A stretch of 64,000 bases of DNA from an uncultured Candidatus Saccharibacteria bacterium. Its GTDB lineage: Bacteria; Patescibacteriota; Minisyncoccia; Phycocordibacterales; CAIRYW01. Both the position numbers and the translations under genes were made by a program. Location: the NCBI GenBank assembly GCA_964446625.1, contig CAYUPH010000002.1, positions 5,743 to 69,742 of the forward strand. The letters are read 5' to 3'. The notes below the pieces were generated by a model. The model had not been told where the DNA came from. It was given only the letters and a program-made list of their open reading frames with translations, and did no database searches. Positions 46,296 through 54,722 of the stretch are shown here, piece after piece (within the stretch, counting starts at the first letter, position 1; each line of letters begins with the position of its first letter).

Positions 46296-47195
46296 CTATG
46301 CAGTTTTTGACGCCAAAAGACTAATTGCTTTTGTGACAATGGGGAGAATATCATCATAAAAATTTAGGTCAAGGATTTCATTTACTTTAAACCATTTTGC
46401 ATCGTCGAGGCCTCCTGACTCTCCAAGTGAAAGTTCAGTCATGTCTGCGCGAGCCAAAAAGTAGTTTACTTGCTTTCGGACTTTGCCTTTTTCTGGAAAA
46501 GTTGCGACATATTCATTTGAGCCAAGTTTATCTTCCGGAGTCACTTCTACTCCCATTTCTTCTTTTACTTTTCGAACAACTGCAAGCTCATCAGATTCGT
46601 CTGGTTCGTTGTGCCCCTTCGAAAGAGTCCAGTGTCCAAATACATCATGGACAAGTGCTAAGAAAATATCGTCTCCTTCACGAGCGTACACCACCGCCCC
46701 TACCAGCCTTTCAATTGGAAGAGACTCAAACGGAACCTCCTCCGCTTTTCGCTTTGAAGCCTGATCTTTTCCAGGCTCACCAAGCTCTTTGTATACCGCT
46801 CCCAAAACTCCGTTTACGAACTTTCCAGAAGTGTCTCCTCCGAAACTTTTTGCAAGCTCAATCGCTTCGTTAATCGCTACCTTTGGAGGAACTTGTGTTC
46901 TGTCAGCAAAGAGAAGCTCAAAAAGACCGATGCGGAGTACATTTCGGTCAACATTTGCAATCTTTTGAAGTGGCCAATCTGGGGCTGCTTTTTCAATAAT
47001 TCTATCGAGGTCAGGCTGTTTTTTTACAACACCCTCCGCAAGAGTTTTCATATATTCCGCGTCAGTTGAACCAGCAGCGAACTCAGAAATGTTCCGCTCT
47101 AGTGTCGGCAAAACCATATCAGATTTCTTTCCATTGAAATCCCACTCAAATATTGTTTGCAAAACGACAGACCTTGAAAGATGCCTATTGGCCAT
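46296..47195 (-). CDS. nusB: NusB antitermination factor fused to a C-terminal NUDIX hydrolase domain
   Basis: VPPKVAINEAIELAKSFGGDTSGKFVNGVL is near-identical to E. coli NusB. Then comes the Nudix box GHWTLSKGHNEPDESDELAVVRKVKEEMGV. Confidence 0.85.
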   Translation of the reverse strand: MANRHLSRSVVLQTIFEWDFNGKKSDMVLPTLERNISEFAAGSTDAEYMKTLAEGVVKKQPDLDRIIEKAAPDWPLQKIANVDRNVLRIGLFELLFADRTQVPPKVAINEAIELAKSFGGDTSGKFVNGVLGAVYKELGEPGKDQASKRKAEEVPFESLPIERLVGAVVYAREGDDIFLALVHDVFGHWTLSKGHNEPDESDELAVVRKVKEEMGVEVTPEDKLGSNEYVATFPEKGKVRKQVNYFLARADMTELSLGESGGLDDAKWFKVNEILDLNFYDDILPIVTKAISLLASKTA

Positions 47196-47222
47196 AAAAG
47201 AACTTAAAGTAAATAAATTTAA

Positions 47223-47444
47223 CTATTTTGCGTTCTTGTCTTTGTTTTTATTAGTTTTTTTCTCTACCTTCGCGACAACATTCACAGCCTCCTTTCCTTT
47301 GTATTGTCCACAACTCATGCACGCAACATGCTTTGCTTTTGGACTTCCACATTTCTCACAGAGAATAACACCTGTCGCTTTTAGAGCGTGGTGACTTCGT
47401 CTGTTGGCTGTATGCGCCCGGGTATGTCTCATTCGTACTACCAT
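47223..47444 (-). CDS. rpmF: 50S ribosomal protein L32
   Basis: Basic N-terminus RRSHHAL and a zinc ribbon CEKCG...CMSCG. Confidence 0.85.
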   Translation of the reverse strand: MVVRMRHTRAHTANRRSHHALKATGVILCEKCGSPKAKHVACMSCGQYKGKEAVNVVAKVEKKTNKNKDKNAK

Positions 47445-47488
47445 AATATAAGCAATATATACCAGAAAGGTAAAAAACGCAAGAAATA

Positions 47489-47520
47489 AAAAAGCGGCGA
47501 AGCAAAGCTTCGCCGCGAAG
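47489..47520 (-). terminator. Terminator gcggcgaagc aaa gcttcgccgc with a U-run on the minus strand
   Basis: Downstream of the purC stop. Confidence 0.6.
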
Positions 47521-47531
47521 GGTGATTGGTC

Positions 47532-48467
47532 CTAGGTGGAACCGACCTGACCCTCAAGGAAGTCGGTAACCGTATTATACCGGTGGAACACCTCGGCAGA
47601 AAATTCTGGCGACAAGGCAGTCATTCCCCTGTTTGTTTTGAGGAAAAGACGGATTATCTCCTTGTCGAAATAGTTTCTGGATATACCCCACCCATAGATG
47701 CGCATTTCGTCGCCCGTTATTCGGTCAATAAGAATAAGGTCTCCCTGCTCATTAAATCCGAATTCGAGCTTGAAATCGACAAGTTCATGAAGACCCCGGG
47801 CGAACAACTCCTTGAGCAGATTCCCTACCTGGAGCGCCATATTCTTCATTTCCCTGAATCGGGATCGAATATCCCCATTGGTTCCGCCTACTAAGCTGAG
47901 ATCTAATTGAGAAGCATAGCCTGCATGCTGGCTTGTCCCAGCTTTTAGCACATGTATCCAATCATCCAGGACTTTAATCTGTGTGTCAGGTAGAAAAAAG
48001 CCCGGCTTAAGAAATAGCAGAGGATCGTCAAGTCGGTCATTCTTATAGAAAAACTCAACAACTGGAGTCTCAAGTGGCGTGCCGACTGGAAATCTTTGAC
48101 TTTTCGCATACGAACCATCCGCGACAAATCGAACCACCACTTCAAGTGGTAGCGCGGTTGCTCGCGTTATAGGGATTTTTGTTCCCTCCCGAGGGCCGCC
48201 TGTAAAACAGGTGTGAATCCCCTTTTCCTGAAGGTAACGCCATATTACATGCGCTTGGCGCATTCGCACCTCACCCATGCCTGGAATAGTGATGCGACTC
48301 TTGCCGTTTCCGGCGGTCACATCATTCGTGCAATCCAGAAAACATTGCTCTCCATATTCAATAACCCGGGCAACCTTGCCCGCATGAATTATTTTCATGG
48401 CTTTTTCGTAGATACGTACCTCAACAAAAGTCCGGCCACGGACCAATTTCAAGGTACTAGTTTTCAA
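47532..48467 (-). CDS. purC: SAICAR synthetase (phosphoribosylaminoimidazole-succinocarboxamide synthase)
   Basis: LVDFKLEFGFNEQGDLILIDRITGDEMRIY matches the VDFKLEFG...DE..PD motif. N-terminal AGKVARVIEY...TAGNGKSRI. GC is about 48%. The track start at 48467 is TTG; the first ATG is at 48398. Confidence 0.8.
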   Translation of the reverse strand: MKTSTLKLVRGRTFVEVRIYEKAMKIIHAGKVARVIEYGEQCFLDCTNDVTAGNGKSRITIPGMGEVRMRQAHVIWRYLQEKGIHTCFTGGPREGTKIPITRATALPLEVVVRFVADGSYAKSQRFPVGTPLETPVVEFFYKNDRLDDPLLFLKPGFFLPDTQIKVLDDWIHVLKAGTSQHAGYASQLDLSLVGGTNGDIRSRFREMKNMALQVGNLLKELFARGLHELVDFKLEFGFNEQGDLILIDRITGDEMRIYGWGISRNYFDKEIIRLFLKTNRGMTALSPEFSAEVFHRYNTVTDFLEGQVGST

Positions 48468-48504
48468 ACAACTTTAAAATATCTGTTTATTAAAAATAAG
48501 TCAA

Positions 48505-49083
48505 TTAAAAACCCCTGCAAAAACTTTTGCGGTGGATTTCGGAGAGACCCTTTTTCTTTACCACCTCTATATGCTTTGCGGTGCCGTACCCTTTGTGAAC
48601 TTCAAAACCATAGTCTGGATACTTAGAGGCAATCTGGGTCATGTACTCGTCGCGAACCACCTTTGCAACAATTGAAGCAGCAGAGATAAAAGGAATCTTT
48701 GCGTCACCTTTTATGACGGTTTCTTGGAGTGGAAATTCCTTTGGCGCCCTGATTCCTCCGTCGAGAAAAATTTTATGTTTCTCTGTCGCTTCTAGTTTTT
48801 TGAGTACCGAGTCAATACCTTTTTGAATTGCTCTAACGATTCCTCTTGCGTCGATGTCTTTTGCTGAAATGAGAGCGTACGCAAACCGCGCCTCTCCTTT
48901 TTTTTCTAAATCAATAATTATTTTAAAAATTTCTCGTCGTCTTTTTTCTGTTACTTTTTTTGAGTCCCCTAGAAAAGGCAAAACTGAAAAATCAAAATCT
49001 TCGCTCGCAAGAAAAGCGCCTACTGAAACAGGTCCTGCAAGAGGCCCCCTACCCGCTTCGTCGATGCCGATAATCATTTGCAT
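48505..49083 (-). CDS. rnhB: Ribonuclease HII
   Basis: IIGIDEAGRGPLAGPV and DSKKV motifs. Confidence 0.9.
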   Translation of the reverse strand: MQMIIGIDEAGRGPLAGPVSVGAFLASEDFDFSVLPFLGDSKKVTEKRRREIFKIIIDLEKKGEARFAYALISAKDIDARGIVRAIQKGIDSVLKKLEATEKHKIFLDGGIRAPKEFPLQETVIKGDAKIPFISAASIVAKVVRDEYMTQIASKYPDYGFEVHKGYGTAKHIEVVKKKGLSEIHRKSFCRGF

Positions 49084-49125
49084 GTGTACATCATATCAAA
49101 AGGAAAATAAAAAAGACGCCTGAGG

Positions 49126-49437
49126 TTAATCCAGGCGTCCACCTTTATCACTGTATATTATCAGCTCGTCTCCTTCTTTGTAAAAGAGGTCAAATTGGTT
49201 GAGCAAGGTGATATCTGAGTCGGCCATCCCTCCGATATATTGAATCAGAACCCCAGTGACCTGACCATCTGTCTCATTGGGTATACACCCAACAACGAAA
49301 CAAGGACCCTGTGACCTTTTCGTTTTTCTGTATCGAAGGGCCCGGGCCTCAAACCGAGTGTCAAGATGATGCTCAACTTGGTTGGCGAACTCGGCAACCG
49401 TTAGCGGTTGCCTGAACGTAAAAAGAGCGTTTCTCAT
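49126..49437 (-). CDS. Hypothetical protein (103 aa), GC-rich
   Basis: ORF with its own hairpin terminator (gacgcctg...caggcgtc plus T-run on the minus strand). No recognisable motif. Confidence 0.45.
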   Translation of the reverse strand: MRNALFTFRQPLTVAEFANQVEHHLDTRFEARALRYRKTKRSQGPCFVVGCIPNETDGQVTGVLIQYIGGMADSDITLLNQFDLFYKEGDELIIYSDKGGRLD

Positions 49438-49478
49438 AACCTCTCGATACTACTCCCGCACTGTGTTAAAATCAAGCA

Positions 49479-52400
49479 ATGTCGAAATTCATACATCTTC
49501 ACACACACAGTCATTACAGTTTGCTTCAGGCTCTTCCGAAGCTTCCAGACCTTGTCAAAAAAGCAAAAGAAGAAGGTATGGAAGCTATCGCGCTCACCGA
49601 CTCTGGAAACCTCTATGGAGCAATCGAGTTTTACAAAGAATGTCAAAAACAAGGTGTAAAACCAATTCTTGGCGTTGATTTTTATGTTGCAGCAAGGACT
49701 CGCCACGACAAGGAGCCCCGAATCGACAACAAGCGAACTCGCCTCGTTCTCATTGCAAAAGACCTCGTTGGTTACCAAAACCTTATTCACCTTGTTACCG
49801 ATTCACATATTGAAGGGTTTTATTATCGCCCTCGAATCGACAAAGAGCTACTAGAAAAATACAAAGAAGGGCTCATCTGTATCTCCCCATCGTTTTCCGG
49901 AGACATATCTCTTGCGCTCAAAAACGGAAACGAAGAAGCCGCAAAAACTTTTGCAGACTTTTACAAAAAAAATTTTGGCGATGATTTTTATCTTGAAATC
50001 ACAAACCATCCCGAGATAGATGATTTTAATGCGCGAATGGATAGGCTTGTTAGTTTTGCTAATGCAGAAGGAATTAATCTGGTTGCTGCACACGATGTCT
50101 ACTATCTTGAACTTTCTGATCAGAAAGCGCGAACTACACTCCTCTCTGTTCAAAAAAGTTTTAGTGGCGGTGGATCTGATGACGAAGGAGATTTTTCTTT
50201 TCTTTCAGAAAAAGAAGCGCTTCGACGGTTTAAAAAACTTGAGGATGCGCTTCAAAACACTCTGAAAATCGCAGAAAAATGCACCCTTGAAGTTCCTCTT
50301 GGAAAATGGATGTTCCCCGAAATTCCAATCGAGAGCGGACTTTCTCCCGATGACGAACTCCGCCGTCTTGTGTTCCTTGGTTTTGACTCGCGAGGAGTTT
50401 CAAAAGATGAAAAAACTCTAGAGAGAGCTGAGTACGAGCTTTCAGTTATTAAACAAAAAGGTTACGCCCCTTACTTCCTTGTAGTAGCGGACCTCCTCCG
50501 CTACGCAAAAGAAAATGGAATCCTCTCTAACATTAGAGGTTCGGTTTCCGGCTCTCTTGTGACTTTCCTTTCTGGAATCACAAACATAAACCCGCTGGAG
50601 TACGATATTCCCTTTGAACGATTTCTAAACCCTGACCGACCAAGTGCACCGGACATTGATATGGACTACGCCGATAACAGACGAGATGAAATGGTAGAGT
50701 ATGCCCGCAAAAAATATGGCGCAGAAAAAGTAGCACAGATCGGAACATTCGGTACAATGGCGGCGCGAGGTAGCGTTCGTGATGTTGCGCGCGCTCTTGG
50801 CTACCCAGTAGCTCTTGGGGATAGAATTGCAAAACTTGTTCCAATGGGAAGCCAAGGATTTCCAATGACAATAGAGCGCGCACTTGAAGAGTCTGACGAA
50901 CTTAAATCTGCGTACAAAAAAGAAGAGGATGTCAAAAAGATTATTGACATGGCAAAAAAGATTGAAGGTTCTGCGCGACACATCGGAGTCCATGCCGCCG
51001 GTGTTGTGATTGCACCAATCCCTCTTACTGAAGTGACACCGCTTCAGTACGACCCAAAAGGTGAAGGAAAAATCATTACTCAGTACGACATGTACTCAAT
51101 TGACGAGAACAACGCCGGACTCCTCAAGTTCGACTTCCTTGGACTCAAAAACCTTTCAATTATTGCTGACACAATAAAGCTCGCAGAAAAACTAAAAGGA
51201 GTCACAATCGACTACGACAATATTCCACTAGACGACAAAAAAACTTTCGAAATGCTCGCGCGTGGCGAGACCGAAGACACCTTCCAATTAAACGGAGACG
51301 GTATGACGCGCTTTTTAGTTGAACTAAAACCCTCAAACATTCACGACATCAACGCGATGGTGGCCCTCTACCGTCCAGGACCACTTCAGTTTATTCCTGA
51401 TTATATTGCTCGAAAACATGATGCGAGCAAAATCCCTGCAATGGACCCCGCGATTTACGAAATTCTAAAAAAGACTTACGGAGTTCTTGTGTACCAAGAC
51501 GACCTTCTTATGATGGCTCACAAACTTGCGGGCTACAGTTGGGGTGAAGTCGATAAATTCCGAAAAGCGGTTGGAAAGAAAATTCCAGAAGAAATGGCAA
51601 AACAACGAAAGCAGTTTATCGAAGGTTGTGTAAAACATTCTGGTTGGACAGAAAAGCGTGGAGAAGAAATCTGGAGCTGGATCGAGCCTTTTGCTGCGTA
51701 CGGATTTAACAAAGCACACTCTGTTTCGTATGGACGAGTTGCGTATATTACAGCCTACCTCAAAGCAAACTTCCCTGCTGAGTACATGAGCTCTGTCCTT
51801 ACACACGAATCAGGAGACGTCGACAAGGTAGCAATCTCTGTAGCGGAGTGTAAACGCATGGGTCTCGAAGTTCTTCCGCCGGACGTGAACGAAAGTTTCG
51901 CGGGCTTTACGGTTGTACTTGGAGAAGATGGAAAAGAAAAAATTCGTTTTGGACTCACAACAATCAAAAACTTTGGTGAAGGAATTGCGGAGTTTATTAT
52001 CGAAGAAAGAAAACGCGGTGGACGATTTACAAGCATTGAAAATTTCCTAGAGCGGATCCAAGACCGAAACCTCAACAAAAAGTCTCTTGAATCACTAATC
52101 AAATGCGGTGCGCTCGATACCCTCTTTGACCGAGTAACACTTTTCCAAAACTTAGACCTGCTCCTAGAATACAACAAAGAACACGCAAAGAACTCAGGAC
52201 AAGACTCACTCTTTAGTGCACTTTCTGGAGGGACTCACAAAATTGATATGCGCGCACCCGTGGGCGATATGGCAGACGATAAACTTAGGTGGGAAAAAGA
52301 ACTTCTCGGACTTTTCCTTTCAGGGCACCCACTCGAAAAATACAAACAAAAGATTGACGCTAAAGGTGTTTCGATAAAAAAGCTCGAAGGATCAAAGGAA

Positions 52401-52646
52401 GGACAGAGTGTTATGGTTGTAGGACTCCTTTCAGAAATAAAAGAAATCCGCACAAAAAAAGGCGACCCAATGGCGTTTGTAAAAATAACTGATTTTGATA
52501 ACTCGGTTGAAACTGTTTTCTTTCCAAAAGTATACGAAGAAGCAAAGAAAAACATAAAAGTGGATGCTGTAGTTGCAGTCGAAGGAACTTATTCGAACCG
52601 AAATGGTGAAGTGAGTATCCTTGCAAATAAAGTGAAGGTGCTGTAG
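49479..52646 (+). CDS. dnaE: DNA polymerase III alpha subunit
   Basis: PHP domain HLHTHSHYSLL and polymerase core motifs; 1055 aa. TGtTAAAAT lies 6 nt before the ATG. Confidence 0.95.
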   Translation: MSKFIHLHTHSHYSLLQALPKLPDLVKKAKEEGMEAIALTDSGNLYGAIEFYKECQKQGVKPILGVDFYVAARTRHDKEPRIDNKRTRLVLIAKDLVGYQNLIHLVTDSHIEGFYYRPRIDKELLEKYKEGLICISPSFSGDISLALKNGNEEAAKTFADFYKKNFGDDFYLEITNHPEIDDFNARMDRLVSFANAEGINLVAAHDVYYLELSDQKARTTLLSVQKSFSGGGSDDEGDFSFLSEKEALRRFKKLEDALQNTLKIAEKCTLEVPLGKWMFPEIPIESGLSPDDELRRLVFLGFDSRGVSKDEKTLERAEYELSVIKQKGYAPYFLVVADLLRYAKENGILSNIRGSVSGSLVTFLSGITNINPLEYDIPFERFLNPDRPSAPDIDMDYADNRRDEMVEYARKKYGAEKVAQIGTFGTMAARGSVRDVARALGYPVALGDRIAKLVPMGSQGFPMTIERALEESDELKSAYKKEEDVKKIIDMAKKIEGSARHIGVHAAGVVIAPIPLTEVTPLQYDPKGEGKIITQYDMYSIDENNAGLLKFDFLGLKNLSIIADTIKLAEKLKGVTIDYDNIPLDDKKTFEMLARGETEDTFQLNGDGMTRFLVELKPSNIHDINAMVALYRPGPLQFIPDYIARKHDASKIPAMDPAIYEILKKTYGVLVYQDDLLMMAHKLAGYSWGEVDKFRKAVGKKIPEEMAKQRKQFIEGCVKHSGWTEKRGEEIWSWIEPFAAYGFNKAHSVSYGRVAYITAYLKANFPAEYMSSVLTHESGDVDKVAISVAECKRMGLEVLPPDVNESFAGFTVVLGEDGKEKIRFGLTTIKNFGEGIAEFIIEERKRGGRFTSIENFLERIQDRNLNKKSLESLIKCGALDTLFDRVTLFQNLDLLLEYNKEHAKNSGQDSLFSALSGGTHKIDMRAPVGDMADDKLRWEKELLGLFLSGHPLEKYKQKIDAKGVSIKKLEGSKEGQSVMVVGLLSEIKEIRTKKGDPMAFVKITDFDNSVETVFFPKVYEEAKKNIKVDAVVAVEGTYSNRNGEVSILANKVKVL

Positions 52647-52649
52647 TTT

Positions 52650-52952
52650 TTATTTTGTATGTGCTCTTCAAGTACGGCAATTTCTGCCTTCTTATTTATT
52701 CATGAGGGGCCGATCGGAGTCTTACTAACTTTTTTGGAGGTGCGCACAGTAAGAAGCTTGCGCGCCAAAGGGTTAATTTTGTTAGAACACCCTCAAGCAA
52801 CTTCAATAGGAAGCTTGTATCGTGTTCTAATGAAGCACCGGCACGGATTTGAAGTCTCGCTAGTGTGGCTCCAAGACTGTCCCTTTGACGCCGTGAAAGT
52901 GGTTGCTTCCTTCAAAAAACCGCTATCGCTGTAAGGCCGATAGCTTTTTTAT
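52650..52952 (+). ncRNA. Candidate structured RNA or long structured 3'UTR between dnaE and thrS, ending in the terminator at 52922-52952
   Basis: Locally GC-rich (about 50%) noncoding stretch. Nested helices are possible (gaggg..ctaac / gttag..ccctc; ggtgcgc / gcgcgcc). The 91-aa ORF here has no support. Confidence 0.25.
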
Positions 52953-52981
52953 TTATAGAGAAAATATGCTACTCTTTTGCT

Positions 52982-54721
52982 ATGGAAACAAATCAAAACA
53001 TAGAACATAAAAGGCACACTCTTGCACACCTGCTTGCGTCTGCTGTTTTAAAGAAATACCCCGAGGCAAAACTAACCCTCGGCCCTGCTGTTGAAAACGG
53101 CTTTTACTATGATATTGATTTTGGTGAGACGAAAATTTCAGATGAGGTTCTTCCTGAGCTTCAAAGACAAATGGAAAAAGATCTCTCGAATTGGACAGAG
53201 TTTTCTCACCGCACAGTCTCAAAAGAAGAAGCCTTGAAACACTTTGAAGGAAACGTATACAAAGAAGAACTCATAAAAGAAATTGCGGAGCGAGGTGAAG
53301 AAATCACACTCTACACATGCGGAGATTTTACAGACCTTTGTCGAGGTGGACACTCTGAAAACCCAGCAAAAGAAATTCTCCCTGGTTCGTTCACACTATC
53401 TCGAGTTGCAGGGGCATACTGGAGAGGAGATGAGAAAAACAAAATGCTTACTCGTATTTACGGGCTTGCATTTGATACAAAAGAAGAACTTGAGTCATAC
53501 CTAAACCAAATTGAAGAAGCAAAAAAGAGGGACCACAAGAAAATTGGAAAAGAACTAGGTCTCTTTGTTTTCTCTGATCTTGTAGGTCCTGGGCTTCCTC
53601 TGTGGACACCGAAAGGAACAATCCTCAGAGAAGTGCTAAATGACTTCGTATGGGAACTTAGACAAAAACATGGCTATAAAAAAGTAGCGATCCCACACAT
53701 TACAAAAAAAGACCTTTACGAAAAATCTGGCCACTGGGACAAGTACAAAGACGACTTGTTTAAAATTGAAACAAGAGAAAAACACCTCTATGCAATGAAG
53801 CCTATGAACTGTCCGCACCATACTCAGATTTTTGACGCAGAAATGCGTAGCTACCGTGATATGCCTCAGAGATACTGCGAGACAACTATGGTATACCGTG
53901 ACGAACAATCAGGTGAACTTGCTGGACTTTCTCGAGTGCTCTCAATCACTCAAGACGATGCACATGTTTTCTGCCGAATAAACCAAATTGAAGAGGAGGC
54001 AAGCGCAGTGTGGGACATCATCACAACCTTTTACAAAACTTTTAACTTTACTTTGACTCCTCGTCTTTCAAGAAGAGGAGAAGATGCATCAAAGTATCTT
54101 GGTGAAGAAAAGAATTGGGACTTAGCAGAAGAGATGTTAAGGAAAGTAATAGTAAGTCACGGAGGTGAGTATATTGATGGCCCAGGCGAAGCGGCGTTTT
54201 ATGGTCCAAAAATCGACTTCATGGCAAGCGATGCAATCGGACGAAAACACCAAGTAGCAACAATTCAGCTCGACTTTGTTCAACCTGAGCGTTTTGGTCT
54301 TTACTGTATAAATGAAAAGGGTGAAAAAGAAAACATTGCAATGTTCCACGTAGCAATCATGGGTTCAATCGAAAGATTTCTCTCTGTCATTATTGAACAC
54401 TACGCTGGAGTTTTCCCTCTCTGGCTCTCCCCTGTCCAAGTTAAAGTTGTTCCAATTGGAGACAACGAAGTAGAGTACGCAAAAGAGTTTGCGAGGAATC
54501 TTGAGGCAGAAAATATTCGAGTGGAGCTTGATCTAAGTAGCGACTCGTTTGGTAAAAAAATCAGGAACGCAAAAACAGAAAAAATTCCTTATATTGCCGT
54601 TATTGGTAAAAATGAAGTTGCGGAAGGTAAAGTAACTCTTGAAGGACGCACAGAAAAATTCGTCCTTTCAAAAGAAGAAGCTGTTTCTAAACTAAAAACA
54701 GAAATCGCAGAAAGAAGTTAA
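52982..54721 (+). CDS. thrS: Threonyl-tRNA synthetase (no N-terminal TGS domain)
   Basis: N2 editing-domain start HTLAHLL...GFYYDIDF. Class II motifs KPMNCPHH, FSRVLSITQDDAHVFC and GSIERFL. Anticodon-binding C-terminus present. Confidence 0.9.
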   Translation: METNQNIEHKRHTLAHLLASAVLKKYPEAKLTLGPAVENGFYYDIDFGETKISDEVLPELQRQMEKDLSNWTEFSHRTVSKEEALKHFEGNVYKEELIKEIAERGEEITLYTCGDFTDLCRGGHSENPAKEILPGSFTLSRVAGAYWRGDEKNKMLTRIYGLAFDTKEELESYLNQIEEAKKRDHKKIGKELGLFVFSDLVGPGLPLWTPKGTILREVLNDFVWELRQKHGYKKVAIPHITKKDLYEKSGHWDKYKDDLFKIETREKHLYAMKPMNCPHHTQIFDAEMRSYRDMPQRYCETTMVYRDEQSGELAGLSRVLSITQDDAHVFCRINQIEEEASAVWDIITTFYKTFNFTLTPRLSRRGEDASKYLGEEKNWDLAEEMLRKVIVSHGGEYIDGPGEAAFYGPKIDFMASDAIGRKHQVATIQLDFVQPERFGLYCINEKGEKENIAMFHVAIMGSIERFLSVIIEHYAGVFPLWLSPVQVKVVPIGDNEVEYAKEFARNLEAENIRVELDLSSDSFGKKIRNAKTEKIPYIAVIGKNEVAEGKVTLEGRTEKFVLSKEEAVSKLKTEIAERS

Positions 54722-54722
54722 T

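Noticed and set aside
48399-48467. Upstream TTG start for purC (ORF-track start at 48467)
   Set aside because: Retained as the feature boundary because the track gives it. The first ATG is at 48398 and aligns with the conserved PurC N-terminus (AGKVARVIEY), so the true start is probably internal. Several track starts are likewise TTG with a nearby ATG (4255, 6591, 9913).
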